Below are positions 1-13,091 of a stretch of DNA of 64,000 nucleotides, piece by piece; position 1 is the first letter of the stretch; every line of letters starts with the position of its first letter. This DNA comes from Podarcis liolepis (taxonomy: Eukaryota). The notes under the pieces were generated by a model. That model had not been told where the DNA came from. It saw nothing but the letters and a program-made list of their open reading frames with translations, and did not search any database. The stretch is from NCBI GenBank assembly GCA_965112155.1, contig OZ218103.1. One strand, 5' to 3'. The translations under genes and the position numbers were made by a program.

Positions 1-1252
1 AAAACCATTGAGATTTTGTTGATCTATTCACCAAGAGATTATTGGACTCAACCTGGGGAAAAATACTTCAGGTTGCTTCAAACACTTGACTGAAGGGGTC
101 ATTTTCATTGCCACTCTAACAGAAACCACACTCCCTCTCCAAAAAAACCTGTTTGTCTTTGTTCCTGAAATAATGTGTTCTTAATTAAGAATGTTTTTTA
201 TATCTAAAGTCCTGTGTTACTGGTGTAATAGCTGCTCAGTTTTGTTTTTCTTGGGCAGCTCTTAAATAATTTGCATCTTAAACTTCGCTTACTGATTATA
301 GTTCAAGTAACCATAATCTGGGGGCAAGTGGCAATTGCTTGTGGGTGAGTAGATAAGTGCGAAAGCTGCTTTGTGGATGCAGTCAAGGTTCTCCAGATAA
401 GAAAAAGCACCAAAAAGAGTTTTGTCTGACTACTTCACTTTCTCTTGATTCTCTGAGGGTAGAATAGGGAGGAAGCAGAACCACAATAGCAGCTCATATC
501 ATGTGAAGGGCCCGGTTGAGACCTGTTTCTCCTGGCCCGCCTAGTCTCGTGAGAAATAATGATGTGTATAGCCTGGTTCTTATTCCTTTACTAGAAACAG
601 CGCTGAATAATTGCTGGGCTGTGTTCTGGCCTGATTGGACAGAAGAAAATAGCCTCAGTTTTGTGTTTAACCCTAGATCTGTTCTTTATGAATGAAGTCA
701 AGACCCTATGGACTCATATTTGTATAATATGGAGTAGCTTTGCTATTAAATATAAAATTTGATATCTCCAGGTTTGTGCAACCTAATTCCCATTCTTATA
801 TCAAACAAGATATCATGTTGTGACTGGAACCTGCACCAAAATGTCCCAGTGTATCCTACTTCCTAAAAGGAGTTACGGTATTCTGTTCAGGTTTCTAACC
901 AACCATTCCCTCCAATCAGGGTATTCTCTTTGCTTCCACCTAGCAGTTCCATTTTTTGTTTCCAGTGTCATTCTACAACCCATGGCAACTAAGCATGTTC
1001 AGTCCTCATTGGGGTTCTGCCCCCTTTCAAATACATTTCGTGTAGGGTTGCCATATTTCAAAAAGTAAAAATCCAGACACAAAAGTTGTTGAGCTTTGAG
1101 CTTTTTTTTGAGGTTTTTAAACTACGTTTAAGCTTCCTATATGGGCTGTCTGGATATGGTTTTCCTGGACATTTTAACTGATTTGCAAAAATTCCACCCG
1201 CATGCCATTTTTAACTGATGAATCCTGGCTATGTCTGGGAAATTCTGGACAT

Positions 1253-1592
1253 GTTGTTGTTTAGTCGTGTCTGACTCTTCGTGACCCCATAGACCAGAGC
1301 ATGCCAGGCACTTCTGTCTTCCACTGCCTCCCGCAGTTTGGTCAAACTCATGCTGGTAGCTTCGAGAACACTGTCCAACCATCTCGTCCTCTGTCGTCCC
1401 CTTCTCCTTGTGCCCTCCATCTTTTCCAACACCAGGGTCTTTTCCAGGGAGTCTTCTCATGAGGTGGCCAAAGTATTGGAGTCTCAGCTTCACGATCTGT
1501 CCTTCCAGTGAGTACTCAGGGCTGATTTCCTTCAGAATGGAGAGGTTTGATCTTCTTGCAGTCCATGGGACTCTCAAGAGTCTCCTCCAGTA
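1253..1592 (-). mobile_element. Bov-B/RTE LINE, 5'-truncated 3' end
   Basis: Frameshifted RT C-terminus (LRVPWTARRSN, LQYFGHLMRR, RGRQRTRWLD); (CAA)n tail; TSD ATT[C/A]TGGACAT at 1242-1252 and 1911-1921. Confidence 0.9.
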
Positions 1593-1906
1593 CAGTCGTG
1601 CCCCGCAAGACGAATGCCTCGCAAGACGAAAAACTCGCTAGACGAAAGGGTTTTGCGGTTTTTGAGCTGCTTCGCAAGACGAAAACGTCTTGCAAGTTTG
1701 TTTCCTTTTTCTTAACACCGTTAATACAGTTGCGACTTGACTTCGAGGAGCAACTCATAGAACGCGGTGTGGTAGCCTTTTTTGAGGTTTTTGGTATTTT
1801 TGAAGCTTTTCCAAAACTTTTCCGACACCGTGCTTTGCAAGACGAAAAATTCGCTAGACAAAAAAACTCACGAAATGAATAAATTTCGTCTTGCGAGGCA
1901 CCACTG
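1593..1906. mobile_element. Tc1/mariner (Tigger/pogo-like) MITE, family A
   Basis: TA TSD; terminal inverted repeats CAGT[C/G]GTGCC[C/T]CGCAAGACGAA; second copy at 42902. Confidence 0.85.
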
Positions 1907-2132
1907 TACCATTATGGACATATAGCAGCCCTATTTTAGACTTCTCAAAAAATGTGAGGATACCTTGCTCACCTTTCCCAGCAGCTCCAATCTGCCTGCA
2001 GCCACTTTGCTACTTACCACCTGAGCTTGCCATTGGAAAGAGTGGGGTTTAAAAGTCTTCTTCTTTTTGCGGTTAAGGCTTGTTCTCAATTAGCCAAACC
2101 CTGCTCAGACCATATAAACTTTTAAATATATT

Positions 2133-2168
2133 TCTGTCCCTTTGTACAATTCTGTCCCTTTGTACAAT
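2133..2168. repeat. Perfect 18-bp tandem duplication TCTGTCCCTTTGTACAAT x2
   Basis: Read directly from the sequence. Confidence 0.9.
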
Positions 2169-4074
2169 TGAAATATGAGAATGTAGGAGCTTGTCCTACT
2201 TCTTGAGCAGATGATAGATTAAATGATCTGCAAGGGTTGTCTGTGGGTGAGCAGATGGTGTCTGTGACCTCCACTGCTAGTAAAGTCATGGGTGCATCTG
2301 TATTATTTTGCCTGTCTTTAAGAGTTCCGTGTTACATTTAGTCTGCCTCTGTTTCTGTTTTGCAGTTGGTGCCAGTCATATGTTTAATCTGACCCAATCG
2401 CTAACACTTGGAACAAACCTTATTATGAGGGACCTAGGAAGCCCTGAGCAATGAATAAGTGAATAAAGATGAGCAATAAATGTTTATATTCTGACACTGT
2501 CCACAGAACAAGGTTGAGACAAGCAAGGTTCCGAGAGATTTCACACTGGTGTGGAGGAATTTCAGCCAAGGAGTTCCTTCTATGGTTACTGTCTAAAAAC
2601 ATAATGATTACTCCTGAAAATGTGAAATGCTTTGTGCTTGTCATGAGCCCCATGATCACGACTGGTTCAGGGCAGTTGCTGAAAGAAGAGTCAGAGGAGG
2701 AGGAAATTGCAGAAGATAACTGGCACACCAACCCATTCCTGTTTCCTTTAGAGAGAGGGAAGGGGAGGCAGTCCTACTGGCTGCCTCTCAGTCCCCATTC
2801 ATGGGGTGGAGGGGTTCCTTATCAACAGGGTGGGTGTCAGTCAGACAGTGGGGGAGGTTGGACAGCTGGAAGAGTCCCCAAGCCTGTGTCTGTAAGTGCA
2901 TCAGTCTTGTTGAGTGACTGTCTCATGAGTGAGCACACCCAAACTGCTCCTCTAAAAGCTGTTTGTAATAACACTCTGAGCTCTCGAGGCATCACAGAAA
3001 CTGTAGAGATTAGTTCACTTCTTATGCGGTGCAAATAATGCTACTGGTAGTCCTTTTAATTTGGAACATTCTTTTTATAACCTCTTAGGCTAGCTAACCT
3101 GTTTTTGGTCCAAGGGCTGTATTGTTACATGGTCAGCCCTATGGGGGCTGCAAGTCAAAGATAGTGTGGTCAAGGTGTAAAAGGATGTGCAGTGAGAAGT
3201 GCAGTTCCCAAGGCTGCCTTCACAAAGGCTCTCCCTTTAAAAGAAAAAGAAATACTTAGTATTAAATTGAGTAAAAAAAAACCAAAACTTTTGTCTAGGT
3301 CCCTGGAGGTGCAAAATTATTTTTTTAAGCTACATTCTAAATTGACAAATTTGGTGGGCCTGGCCTTCCCAAAATGTTTTGGCATCATAACATCACAGGA
3401 GGAGATCCAGCTCAACTCAGTTGAAAGATTTAAATAAAATTAAACATTATGGGTGAATCTTGTGGAAGCCACAAAAAAACTTTGGGGGCTTGATACAGCC
3501 CATAGAGCATTGTTTCAGGAGATTGTAGTTATGCATGGGAACTGAGGGGGAAAAGATGGAGATAGTTATGACCACACCAAAATATTCCTGTCCAATGCTC
3601 CTGCCTTGCCAGGTATTGATTTTGCATGAGGAATTCGTGACCCCAGCAGGCAGAAAGAGAATCTGTGAAAACCCCAGCAGTGTAATATATATATAACCTA
3701 TCTATATTAATTGATTACATTATGAAACATCACCAACAATGTTTCAGAGTAGTTGCCATGGGTGTTTGATGATAACAGTGACAGCCATTATTTCAGAGGC
3801 ACAGATGAAGCTGCAGGGGAACGGGGCGGGTGGGGGCTGCTTACTCCAAATTGCTTTGGAGTTCATGCATTTATTGTTTCATGAGATCTACTGGCTGCTA
3901 TTTTCAGAAATTGAAGGACACCTTGTCCATGCCTTTGCCTCCTTTCCTTCTGTTCACATCTGTAGTAGTTTGCTTGTAACAGCAGGAAACCATAGGAGAG
4001 ACATATTCTATGTCTCTCATCTGTCAAGGTGAATGAACATCAAGATGTTTTCCCTTTCCCCAACCAGGTGCCCT

Positions 4075-5150
4075 TTATTTATTTAAAGTATTTATAAACC
4101 ACACTTTCATATAATATATCACAAAGCAGGATATGGAATAAAAACACAGTAGTGAGAGCTAGTTGGCAAAGAATTTCAGATTTGAAAAGGTCTGTCTGAA
4201 TAATACGGTTTTCAGAAGGTATCTAAAAGCAGGGATGACTCCTGCCAAACCCTTATAGACAAGGAGCTCCACAGAGCAGGGTCAGCCACACTAAAGCCTT
4301 GGACTCTAGTAATTGCAATCTGCTCTTGTATTGGAATGTGCCGTTCCAAAATGCAACAGCTGGATTACTGGTTGGGGTTCAGTTTGGGTCCCATATATCC
4401 CCTGTGCTCAAACAGCCGCATTGGTTTCCAGTTTGTTTCTGGGCTCAGTTCAAGGTGCATGCTCACATTAATGTTCAAAGCCCTAAATGACTCAGGCCCC
4501 AAATACCTGAAAGACCATTTTCTTCCCTACAGACCCTCTCAGGTGATTGGTATGTTCTTCCACCTTCAAAAGCTTTGAGGGGTGGTGACCCTGGGAAAGG
4601 GCATTCTCTGTGGCAGCCCTTAAACAGTGGAACTCGCTCCCTGCAAAGGTGCATCTGGCAATTTTATTATACAGATTCCGACGAATGCTGAAGTTGCACC
4701 TCTTTTCCCTGGCTTTTGATGCTTGTGCTCTATATCTTTAGGACCCAATGTATTTGTAAGTTGCGCTAAGCTGTTTTTAATATTGCATTGTTATGTTGTG
4801 TTTTAATGTTGTAACCCACCCTAAGACCTTAGGGTGAAGGATGGGTAACACATATAGTAGTAGTAGTAGTAGTAGTAGTAGTTAGGCCAGCCAAACCTCA
4901 GGGGCACATGGGGCCACTAGAAGGGCCCCATCAGAAGACCTCGGCAATCAAGGCAGAGCATGAGGAATCAGGAGATCCTCAAGGTCCCTCGGGCCCAAGT
5001 TATTTAGGGCTTTCTGAATTAGCACAAACCCTTGAACCTGGTCCAGTAGCAGATTGGTAACCAGTGCAACTCTTTCAGACGGTGGAGTAACAAGTTGCCA
5101 TCAGCCTGCTCTTGTGAACAGTTTGGCTGCTGCATTCTGCACTACCTGAA
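4075..5150. mobile_element. Cluster of degraded L2 LINE 3' fragments (sense piece ~4320-4850, flanked by antisense pieces)
   Basis: QNATAGLL..HISPVLKQPHWFPV..FKV resembles the L2 ORF2 end; the sense piece ends in a (TAG)n tail. Confidence 0.7.
4855..4881. repeat. (TAG)n microsatellite
   Basis: Read directly from the sequence. Confidence 0.9.
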
Positions 5151-6469
5151 CATATTTTATAGCTAAAACAATGCAAAACAGACACTAGTGGCAAAAGCCT
5201 ATCAGAACAAAAATGTATTCACTTGTTTCCAGAAAGTGTAGATAGTGAGTGCCTATTGTATCAAAAGGAATGCTATTCCACAAAATGAGGGAGCCCTGCT
5301 CAGTGTTACTGCAGATAAACGTCCAGGAGAAACTTTCCTACAGACCACGGGGATCTACTGATATACAAGGGATAAGACAGTCTCTCAAGTAACCTGTTCC
5401 TGAGATTTGCTAGTACCAACACCAGCCTGGTAGCACATTGGCAGCCAATGAAACTCCCATAAGTGAGGTGCTGTATGCTGACGGTAGTTTGCCCTACAAG
5501 CAAGCTAGCTGCTGTAGTCTCACACTGATCTTATTGCAGTAATCCCAACCATTGAACTCAGGGAAGGTCCTTACTTCTGAATAGACGTCCATACGGTTGT
5601 GCTGTAAATAAACATATTTCTAGGGCTTATCCTTTCTGGTCTTCAAGCAGCCGCATTTCCAGATTAAACAGACTCCTGACTTTGATGAAGGAATAGATTC
5701 TTCCCTCCTAAATTGCCCTGGTTCCAGTTTATTTTTCTAAGAGCAGTGTTTTGTTCAGACTAATTTGCTTATTGCTCATAATTTTGAAATCTATATTTTG
5801 CTGAACAAGGGATGCAGGGATTGGAAAATTAATCAATACAATCTTGGTGTAGGAACGCCTTCTGGTCCAATCTTTATAAGACTAGTTCCCCAAAACTGTT
5901 TCACCTAAGAAGTGGTTTACTGATTTCAGAGTAGTTTCAAGCTTGTACAGTATTGTGTGTTCTGGGGAAGACTTGGCTTCACCTCATTCTTTCAGCGTTC
6001 TTCTGTGGTAATTTAAAAACGGATGTATAAGGCAGCATGGGGCCCAAGCCAAGTTTTAACAGGGATGTGATGTGTGCAGACACAATTGCTGACTGGACTG
6101 TGCCCTTGGGTGCATGCTGTGTTTGAGGACTTCACATCATTAGATTGCATATTTTATCTCTCGACAATGCTTGGATTTCACAAAGCATCACTCTTAATTT
6201 ACACCTTGATCTATTTATACAAAATACCATAGAAACCAGTGCCTGCTTGCATAGACTGTGCTGTTTTTCTATTAATATTTCAGCTCTGTGTGGGTATGAA
6301 TAATTTAGTTCAGTGTGCTAGTTTTAAAATCTGAGCAACTAGCTCCCCACAGTTCTTCTGAACAAACATAACTTTGTGGCCGCAAAGCAGTAAATACGTA
6401 GGCTATCATAGTCTTGTGAATATTTTAGTTTCCTTGTTACATCCATGTTCTGCAGTTCCTCCAAGGAAC

Positions 6470-6655
6470 ACAAGATGGAATTCATCATTCTACCACTCCC
6501 TATTTTATCCTCACAACAACCCCATGAGCTAGTGTAAGCTAAGACAAGTCGACTGCCCCAAGGTCACCCCTTGAGTTTCATGGCTGCCTGCATGGGGATT
6601 CAAATGCTGTTGTCTCAGGTCCTAGTCGGATGCTGTATCCACTACTTCAACACAC
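6470..6655 (-). mobile_element. MIR/CORE-like SINE
   Basis: TATCCTCACAACAACCC...CCCAAGGTCAC core, reversed B-box GGGATTCAAA. Confidence 0.65.
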
Positions 6656-8850
6656 TGAATCTGAGGACAGATTTTTAAGAAAGAAAAGCAGTTGGGATGA
6701 ATTGGCAACTTACCCTTCTGTCCTTTTATCAGTTGAGAGTCCAAGGAAAATCTACAAGTGAAGAGGACTAAGGTCATATGCTGTGAGGAACATAAGCAAT
6801 CTTGCTCTTGCCCTTGCTCTGGCTTCTTGAGCGCATTGTAAAATTTATTAGTTTGCCCTTTTCTCACTTGAATCATGGTTGGTTCCTTTCCGCTGTAAAC
6901 ATTTCCCTTGCTGATCAGGAGCCAAAGATGTCATCTGCAGAACTCTCTCTGTCTAAATGCTTTTTAAAGCCAAATGGGCCAAAGAGGGCTGAAATCAGTC
7001 GAGTCTGGATTGTGCTAAGTGTCTGCAACAGAGATTTATTTGCTTTGATTGATTGTTCTTAAAAGCTCGGGTTATTGTGTATGCTGAAAGACGACTTGGT
7101 GTAAAGCCTTTTAAGTACCTTGGTCAAGCAGGGCATAACAATTAGCTCTGGTATGGGGTAGTTTTGTTTTTGTTTGGGTAAATGCTGGGATGGGTAAATG
7201 AATTCATCAGTTGGCAGTTTTGATAGGTAAGTGGAGCCTGCCCACCTGTCAGTCACGTGAAGTCATTATGACTCCAGGTGACCCATTTTTCCTTTGTAGC
7301 ACAGCAAGCCACATGGAAGGAAAATCCAAGATCAGCCAAGCAGGACTTGAATTTACTGCCAGGCAGCTGATAGACGCTGATTTCAAGCTGTGCTTTCTGT
7401 AGGAGTCTGCTGTGCTGCTGAGAGTTCTCCAAGGTGGGCTTGCTCTGCCGGCCTGTCAGCTGATCAGTGGTGTCAGTAAGCCTCTCTTGTTGATGGACAA
7501 TCAGGAGCATACTTTTAAGGAACTAAATTGGGCATTGGCAGCTGCTTCTCTACCTGCCCCTCAGGCAGGTGGGTGTGGTTTAGGGAAGACAGCCAAATTG
7601 GGACCTGTGCTGGGCCTAATTATGCCCATGGCCCATTTATCATGGAAAACATGGATATCTTTTTTCCTCCTGCCTCCTCTGCAAGCCTGACAGCATTTTC
7701 TCTAGCTAAAACTGCTTTGCTTTAAAGCTGCCTGTTGCTTTGTGAAAACGGTATTGTTAAGCTTTGAGTTTACATGAGGTTTTGCATTCTTTCCAGACCC
7801 ATTATCCCATCCTGATTTTAATTTCTGCATCAAAACTGGCCAAACTGTCTTTAGGCTTTATTCTGCAACACTGAACTCAGTTTCCTAAAATTGTAAGCTT
7901 GGGTTCTGTAATAGATGCCAGACAATTAAAGCCATGCAGCTTTTCGTAGCTCTTGCCATGAGTGGCATGAGCTGTCCCTTTTATTGTGCTCATGAAGCTG
8001 ATACGGTCACATGTGCTAATTTTACAGTGCAGAGCAGAAACATCCATGTGTGGCCAGATCATGGAATGCATACTAGCTAACAGAAAGACAGGACTTTGAA
8101 CTGTGTTTGCAGAGTTTATAGGCTATAACTCTCTGCAGGTTTCCTACTTTAGTCCCTGAAATGACCCATTTCTTCAGTATTTTTTGCATAATTGTCACCA
8201 AGGCAAAATACATAGGGGTGGGGTTTTTTTAACACCTTGTATTTCTCTTGCATACATCTCAAACTTGCTTAATATTTTTCCTACCAGAAATAGTAATCCT
8301 CTGAGACTTACTGCATGTGTGCTCAAAGTTAGGAAAGTGTTGCTGATCTGCTTCTTAAATACCTTTTGCTAAATCTTTTGCTCTTGTTAATTAAACCTCT
8401 TTGTCTTTAAAAACAACGGTGCAGATGTGTCAGTGTAATCTGTGCAGCCTCCTGCAGATAATGTGCAACTCGTGTCTTCACCCTTCCTGTACATAACATA
8501 CACTAGCTTGCTCACACTTCAAATGTGAAAGCAGACGTCAGAGCTGCTCTTGATAGCCTCACGTGGGATGCCAGCAGCAGGCTGATCTTGAGAAAGCAAT
8601 CAGACTTCACACCATGTTCACCTAATGAATCTTCTAGGGCAGGGCTGCTGTCTCCCCAAAGTGGGCGGGAAGCACTGCAGACTAAAAGGGGGATTAGTGC
8701 CATCTGCTGTTTAAATCCAGTCCAAACCGGTTAGTTACCCCACACCGCCTTTGGTGGAAATGTTTGGGAGTAACATCAATATTATTTCAGTATTTTCAGG
8801 CAATGTCAGTTCCTATACCTGAAACTTGGTCTATTTCAGTTGTGACTTAA

Positions 8851-9201
8851 GCCCTGTACATGCAATACTCATGTGTAAAGGGCAAGTGTGGCGAAGGGGA
8901 CCTTCAGGCCACGCATTTAGCACAACCCCCGAAGTCATGCTGCTGCTCTTCCAGTTCCCGCCATTGTCCTGTTGAGCATAATGTCTGCAGCAGGGAGTCT
9001 TTTCTGTGCATGGAGCTCCCCTTTTGATTTACGATGCAGGACACTAAATCCTGCACAGAGAAAGCTCCTCCCTGCAGATGTTATGCTCAACATGGTGCAG
9101 ATGTAGGAGCAGTTCTCTACTGGGGGTGGGACTAAATGCATGACCCCATGGCTACTTTTCCTGTGCTTTCGCTCTACATGCAAGTAGCACATGAACAGAG
9201 C
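8851..9201. mobile_element. Old MITE with TTAA on both sides (Harbinger, piggyBac or Kolobok-like)
   Basis: ~30-bp imperfect terminal inverted repeats, GCCCTGTACATG... / ...CATGAACAGAGC. Confidence 0.45.
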
Positions 9202-9447
9202 TTAAGTTTCAGAGTCCTTATAACAGGCTGTCCTGTTGCATTACATGCACTGATACGACTAAAGTGAGCAATACTCATCTTCATCTGGGTAAAACTTAGT
9301 AAGGCATGTCTGTAGAAGGTTTTGTGTATAAAGCCCAACCTCAATATTTAATGAGGGGTGGAGGTAAAAACACCATGTCCACTGAATGCAGTTCAGAACA
9401 TCAAATAGCTTTTAATTTATATGTAAAAAGTAATATATACACACACA

Positions 9448-9678
9448 CAGTGGTACCTCAGGTTACGTACTTAATTCATTCCGGAGGTCCGTTCTTAACC
9501 TGAAACTAAAGCACCACTTTAGCTAATGGGGCCTCCTGCTGCTGCTGCACTGCCGGAGCACGATTTCTGTTCTCATTCTGAAGCAAAGTTCTTAATCTGA
9601 AGCACTATTTCTGGGTTAGCGGAGTCTGTAACCTGAAGCGTATGTAACCTGAAGCTTATGTAACCCGAGGTACCACTG
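9448..9678. mobile_element. Tigger/pogo-like MITE, family B
   Basis: Terminal inverted repeats CAGTGGTACCTC[A/G]GGTTA; TA at the right end; copies at 11413 and 33596. Confidence 0.85.
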
Positions 9679-11412
9679 TATATTGACACCAACTCCTAAT
9701 CAGAAGCGGCACACTGAACTGACCACTTGATTGCTAGCTTAGGAGTTCAGAATGAAGGCGAAAAGGAAGGATTTGAGCCGTAGAATCAGCTGTGTCATGT
9801 TGCTCCAAGTGGACGCTGAGTTCTTGTCAAAAAATGGCGCCTTCTGTCCAGGCTGTAAGGATCTTTCCCCAAGCCACTGGGAGATCAGATGTCCCAACTC
9901 TTCTTCTTTCACACTCTTTGGCCTCATCCACACTTCCACAATAGATCAGAACATGGGGAAAGGGGTGGTTGCTCTGACTGAGCGCTAAAGAGAAGTTTTC
10001 CGGGGGTGGGGGACAGCAGGGCAAGTCGAAGTGTGGATAAGCCCTTTGTTACCTTTCATTTGTTTTCAGATTTATTAGGGTTTTTTGGGGGGGGGGTTGC
10101 TGAGGCTTTATTTTCCCTGCCTACATTGCTTTGCCCACTCCAAATTATTTTTCTGAACATACCTGCAGTTGCTTAGCTGCAGTGCCCAGCTGCTAGGAAA
10201 CAACAGCTGTATCCCATAAAAGCAGACTGCTGTGGTCATACTGTCAGTTGACCTGGGAAAAGAAAAGACAAAGGAGTACACCCTTATACAAATCCAGAGT
10301 GGAGTCCCTAAGACCATGGGATGGCAGCTTTTATGCTTCCTTCTGGCAACTCCTGCAGCCAAGCTGGTGCCAAACGTATTGCTCTGCTTTCCTTTGGACC
10401 ACATCAGTGAGGCCAAGAGGGGTTCTTAACGTCTGGGCAGCCCAGGACTTCCACACACACTACCCAGGCTTTCACCTCAGGCAGGTTACTTGGGTGCTAC
10501 TAACATAGCAGTTTGACTTCACCCCTGAATATGCACTCCATTGTCTGTTGAGACAGACAGATGCCACAACAATAGTTTCTGGTGGGCACACAGATCTTTA
10601 ACACAGTTCTTTTGTAGTGTGTACGTCACAACCTTTTTCCTGTTTATGAAATACAGTTGACCTTTAGCCATATTATGATAATATTCCATGACCTTAATAA
10701 AAATGAAATATCGCCTTAAGATCTAGTAGGCCAGAGCAATCTTCCTGAAATCTAGTGCCCTCTAGATGCTTTTGGACTCCCAACTCCTTATCAGTCCCAG
10801 CCAGCATGACTAGTGGTCAGGGATGATGGGAGTTCTGTTCTATCCACAACTGGAGGATTTCAGGCCAGGGGAAGCTGTCTTAGAGGCTCGTACTGTGCTT
10901 CTACATTCTGCTTTTTTTGCAAGAAGGGTTGCCAAGAGCCTGCTCTGACTTTCATTTTAATTCCTTCCATCTTTGCTATCACCTTTGCCATTTATATGTA
11001 AACCAATGTCTTCCATCCCTGGTAACTTCATATACTTCATAGTTGCTAGTTTGCTTTTATTATTGCTTGGCACCCTTTTTGCATGTCTGTTTCTCCTTCA
11101 GAAGACAGTTTGGAGGGGTCACTAACTGACTGAGAAAGGCTGACCAGGTGGCTTTCAGAGAGAGAAGCAGATACCATGTATTAATATGGAGAAGTAATTT
11201 CCATATAAATTAGTGAAATTTACATGTAGCTAAATAGGTTTTGAGCCAGGCATAACTCACAATGCACTATTTGGGCACGTTAAATTTCAGTAACTCAAGC
11301 TGATGTTTCTATCTTAAGGGGCCTTTTTTTGTTTCCTAATCATCATAGAGTATCTGCTTTCATAAAAGCTGCTGCGCCAGGTGTATTGACAACGTTTGTG
11401 TTTCCCTCTATA

Positions 11413-11573
11413 CAGTGGTACCTCGGGTTACAAACACATCAGGTTACAGACTCCACTAACCCAGAAGTAGTACCTCAGGTTAATGGCACGGCAGGCCCCA
11501 TTAGCTAAAGTGGTACCTCGGGTTAAGAACCGACCTCCAGAACAAATTAAGTTCGTAACCAGAGGTACCACTG
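11413..11573. mobile_element. Tigger/pogo-like MITE, family B (internally deleted, opposite orientation)
   Basis: TA TSD on both sides; CAGTGGTACCTC termini. Confidence 0.85.
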
Positions 11574-12106
11574 TATCTGCTATCTGTTTTACAAGAGTCC
11601 CGTGAGTTCCGATTAGGGCTTGGGATAGATTAGAATAACTGCCAGTGTCTTTCTGTTCAGTGCATCCATTGCTGCTTTGTTGTGCAACCTGAGATCTCAT
11701 GTATCAGGCACCCGATTGGTCATCAGGTTCCTGAACTGCTGATGTAGGTGGCAAGTAATGGGACATCTACCATACCATAGGAAACACATATCCTCTGCAT
11801 CCCTTCGTGAGAAATAAGAGGGTATACAGCTGGGCTTTTTCTATTGTGACACTGGCTATGTGGAATTCTCTTCCTTGAGAGATCCAGCTGGCACCTTTGC
11901 TATTCAAGTTCTACCAGCCACTGGAAATGTTTGGTTTTTTTTAAAAGCATTTATTGAATTGTGCCTGTGTTTTTTTAAAAGGTTTTTATTGATAGAATGA
12001 AACATGGACAGAATAAAACATATATACCCTCCCCCTCCACAACTTGCCAGTGGTAATATGTAGGTTTCGTTATCATTTCTCTTTTAGTTGACAAAGCAGT
12101 ATTCCA

Positions 12107-12393
12107 GACGAATGTTAGAATGTTGAGATTTTCAGGAAGAAAGGGATGCAGTGTTATGAGATAAGATTATAGAAAAGATTAAGATGACAGAGCTTGGAAA
12201 GGAATATTCAGAAGTTGCTAAAAAAATATTTTGGACATTGGGATGCAGAAAGGGGGGGGTATGGGGGAGTCCCGGAAAAGAAGTCTATGAAAAAATGCTA
12301 CGAAATTATACGTGTTTGTATGTCTTTTTATGTGTTTGTTTGTCTTTAAAAATTTTGTAAAACCAATAAAAATTTTATTAAAAAAAAACAACA
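12107..12393 (+). mobile_element. 5'-truncated poly(A) retroelement 3' end (L1/Tx1-like)
   Basis: Perfect 16-bp TSD ACAAAGCAGTATTCCA (12091-12106, 12394-12409); AATAAA at 12365-12370; A-tail. Confidence 0.8.
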
Positions 12394-12608
12394 ACAAAGC
12401 AGTATTCCAACTTGTTTTAGTGTGACCATTTTTAAACTCTTTTGTAATTATTTGTAAGTCACCTTGAGTGCTCCATGTCTAAACAGGAAACACATTTCCT
12501 CAGTGATTGATAAGCCTGTTGCTGGGGGCTCACTGCTTCCCAGCCAAGATGTCTCCTCAGGGCTTGTTTTCTCTAATAGCCAGGTGGGTTGTTTGTTTTT
12601 TCCTGTAG

Positions 12609-12714
12609 GAGCATGACATCGAGACAGCTTGTGGAGTTGTTCATGTCACTATGCGGGGCACCCCAAAAGGAAACAGGCCTGCCATCCTCACATACCATGA
12701 TATTGGCCTAAACC
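12609..12714 (+). CDS. NDRG3: NDRG3 coding exon (~exon 4): [35 protein letters not shown]
   Basis: tcctgtag| acceptor, |gtaagt donor, 106 nt. Confidence 0.96.
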
Positions 12715-12837
12715 GTAAGTCCCCTTTATTTCTAGGTAAGCAGACCTAGGCAATTTTTGGTTTGCAAGTTCAGCAAGTATATTCTTACTGATGACTTTAA
12801 GGACAAGAGAGAACCTTGGCACACATTCGGTTCCAGC

Positions 12838-12880
<43 letters not shown>
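12838..12880. repeat. (CTTT)n microsatellite in an NDRG3 intron
   Basis: About 10 perfect units. Confidence 0.92.
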
Positions 12881-12970
12881 GTTTGGTGTGGTCACAGTTC
12901 AAAACATGAGCCTAAAGTCAGAATGGAGCAGTGCTTTCACATGTGGTCATTCCCAGCGTTTTTCTTACAG

Positions 12971-13091
12971 ATAAGTCCTGCTTCAATGCTTTTTTCAACT
13001 TTGAAGACATGCAGGAAATCACTCAGCACTTTGCTGTGTGCCATGTCGATGCCCCAGGACAGCAAGAAGGGGCTCCCCCTTTCCCCTCTGG
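12971..13091 (+). CDS. NDRG3: NDRG3 coding exon (~5): [41 protein letters not shown]
   Basis: ttacag| ... |gtaagt, 121 nt, phase consistent. Confidence 0.96.

Larger units (their letters stand above)
1043..1933. mobile_element. Non-autonomous hAT-like element interrupted by Bov-B
   Basis: Imperfect terminal inverted repeats TAGGGTTGCCATATTTC / GGACATATAGCAGCCCTA; no 8-bp TSD recognisable. Confidence 0.55.

Noticed and set aside
2469-3038. 189-aa ATG ORF in the 5' region
   Set aside because: No similarity I can recognise and no convincing splice context; most likely intronic chance.
7175-7197. KCWDG resembling the NDRG4 alternative first exon MPECWDG
   Set aside because: There is no ATG, an in-frame TAA follows, and the available GT is in the wrong phase for the exon at 12609.
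1-12600. Search for the NDRG3 N-terminal exons (MDELQDVQLTEIKPLL, NFQDFDCQ)
   Set aside because: Not found by eye. They presumably lie upstream of the window; a tblastn with the N-terminal 31 aa would settle it.
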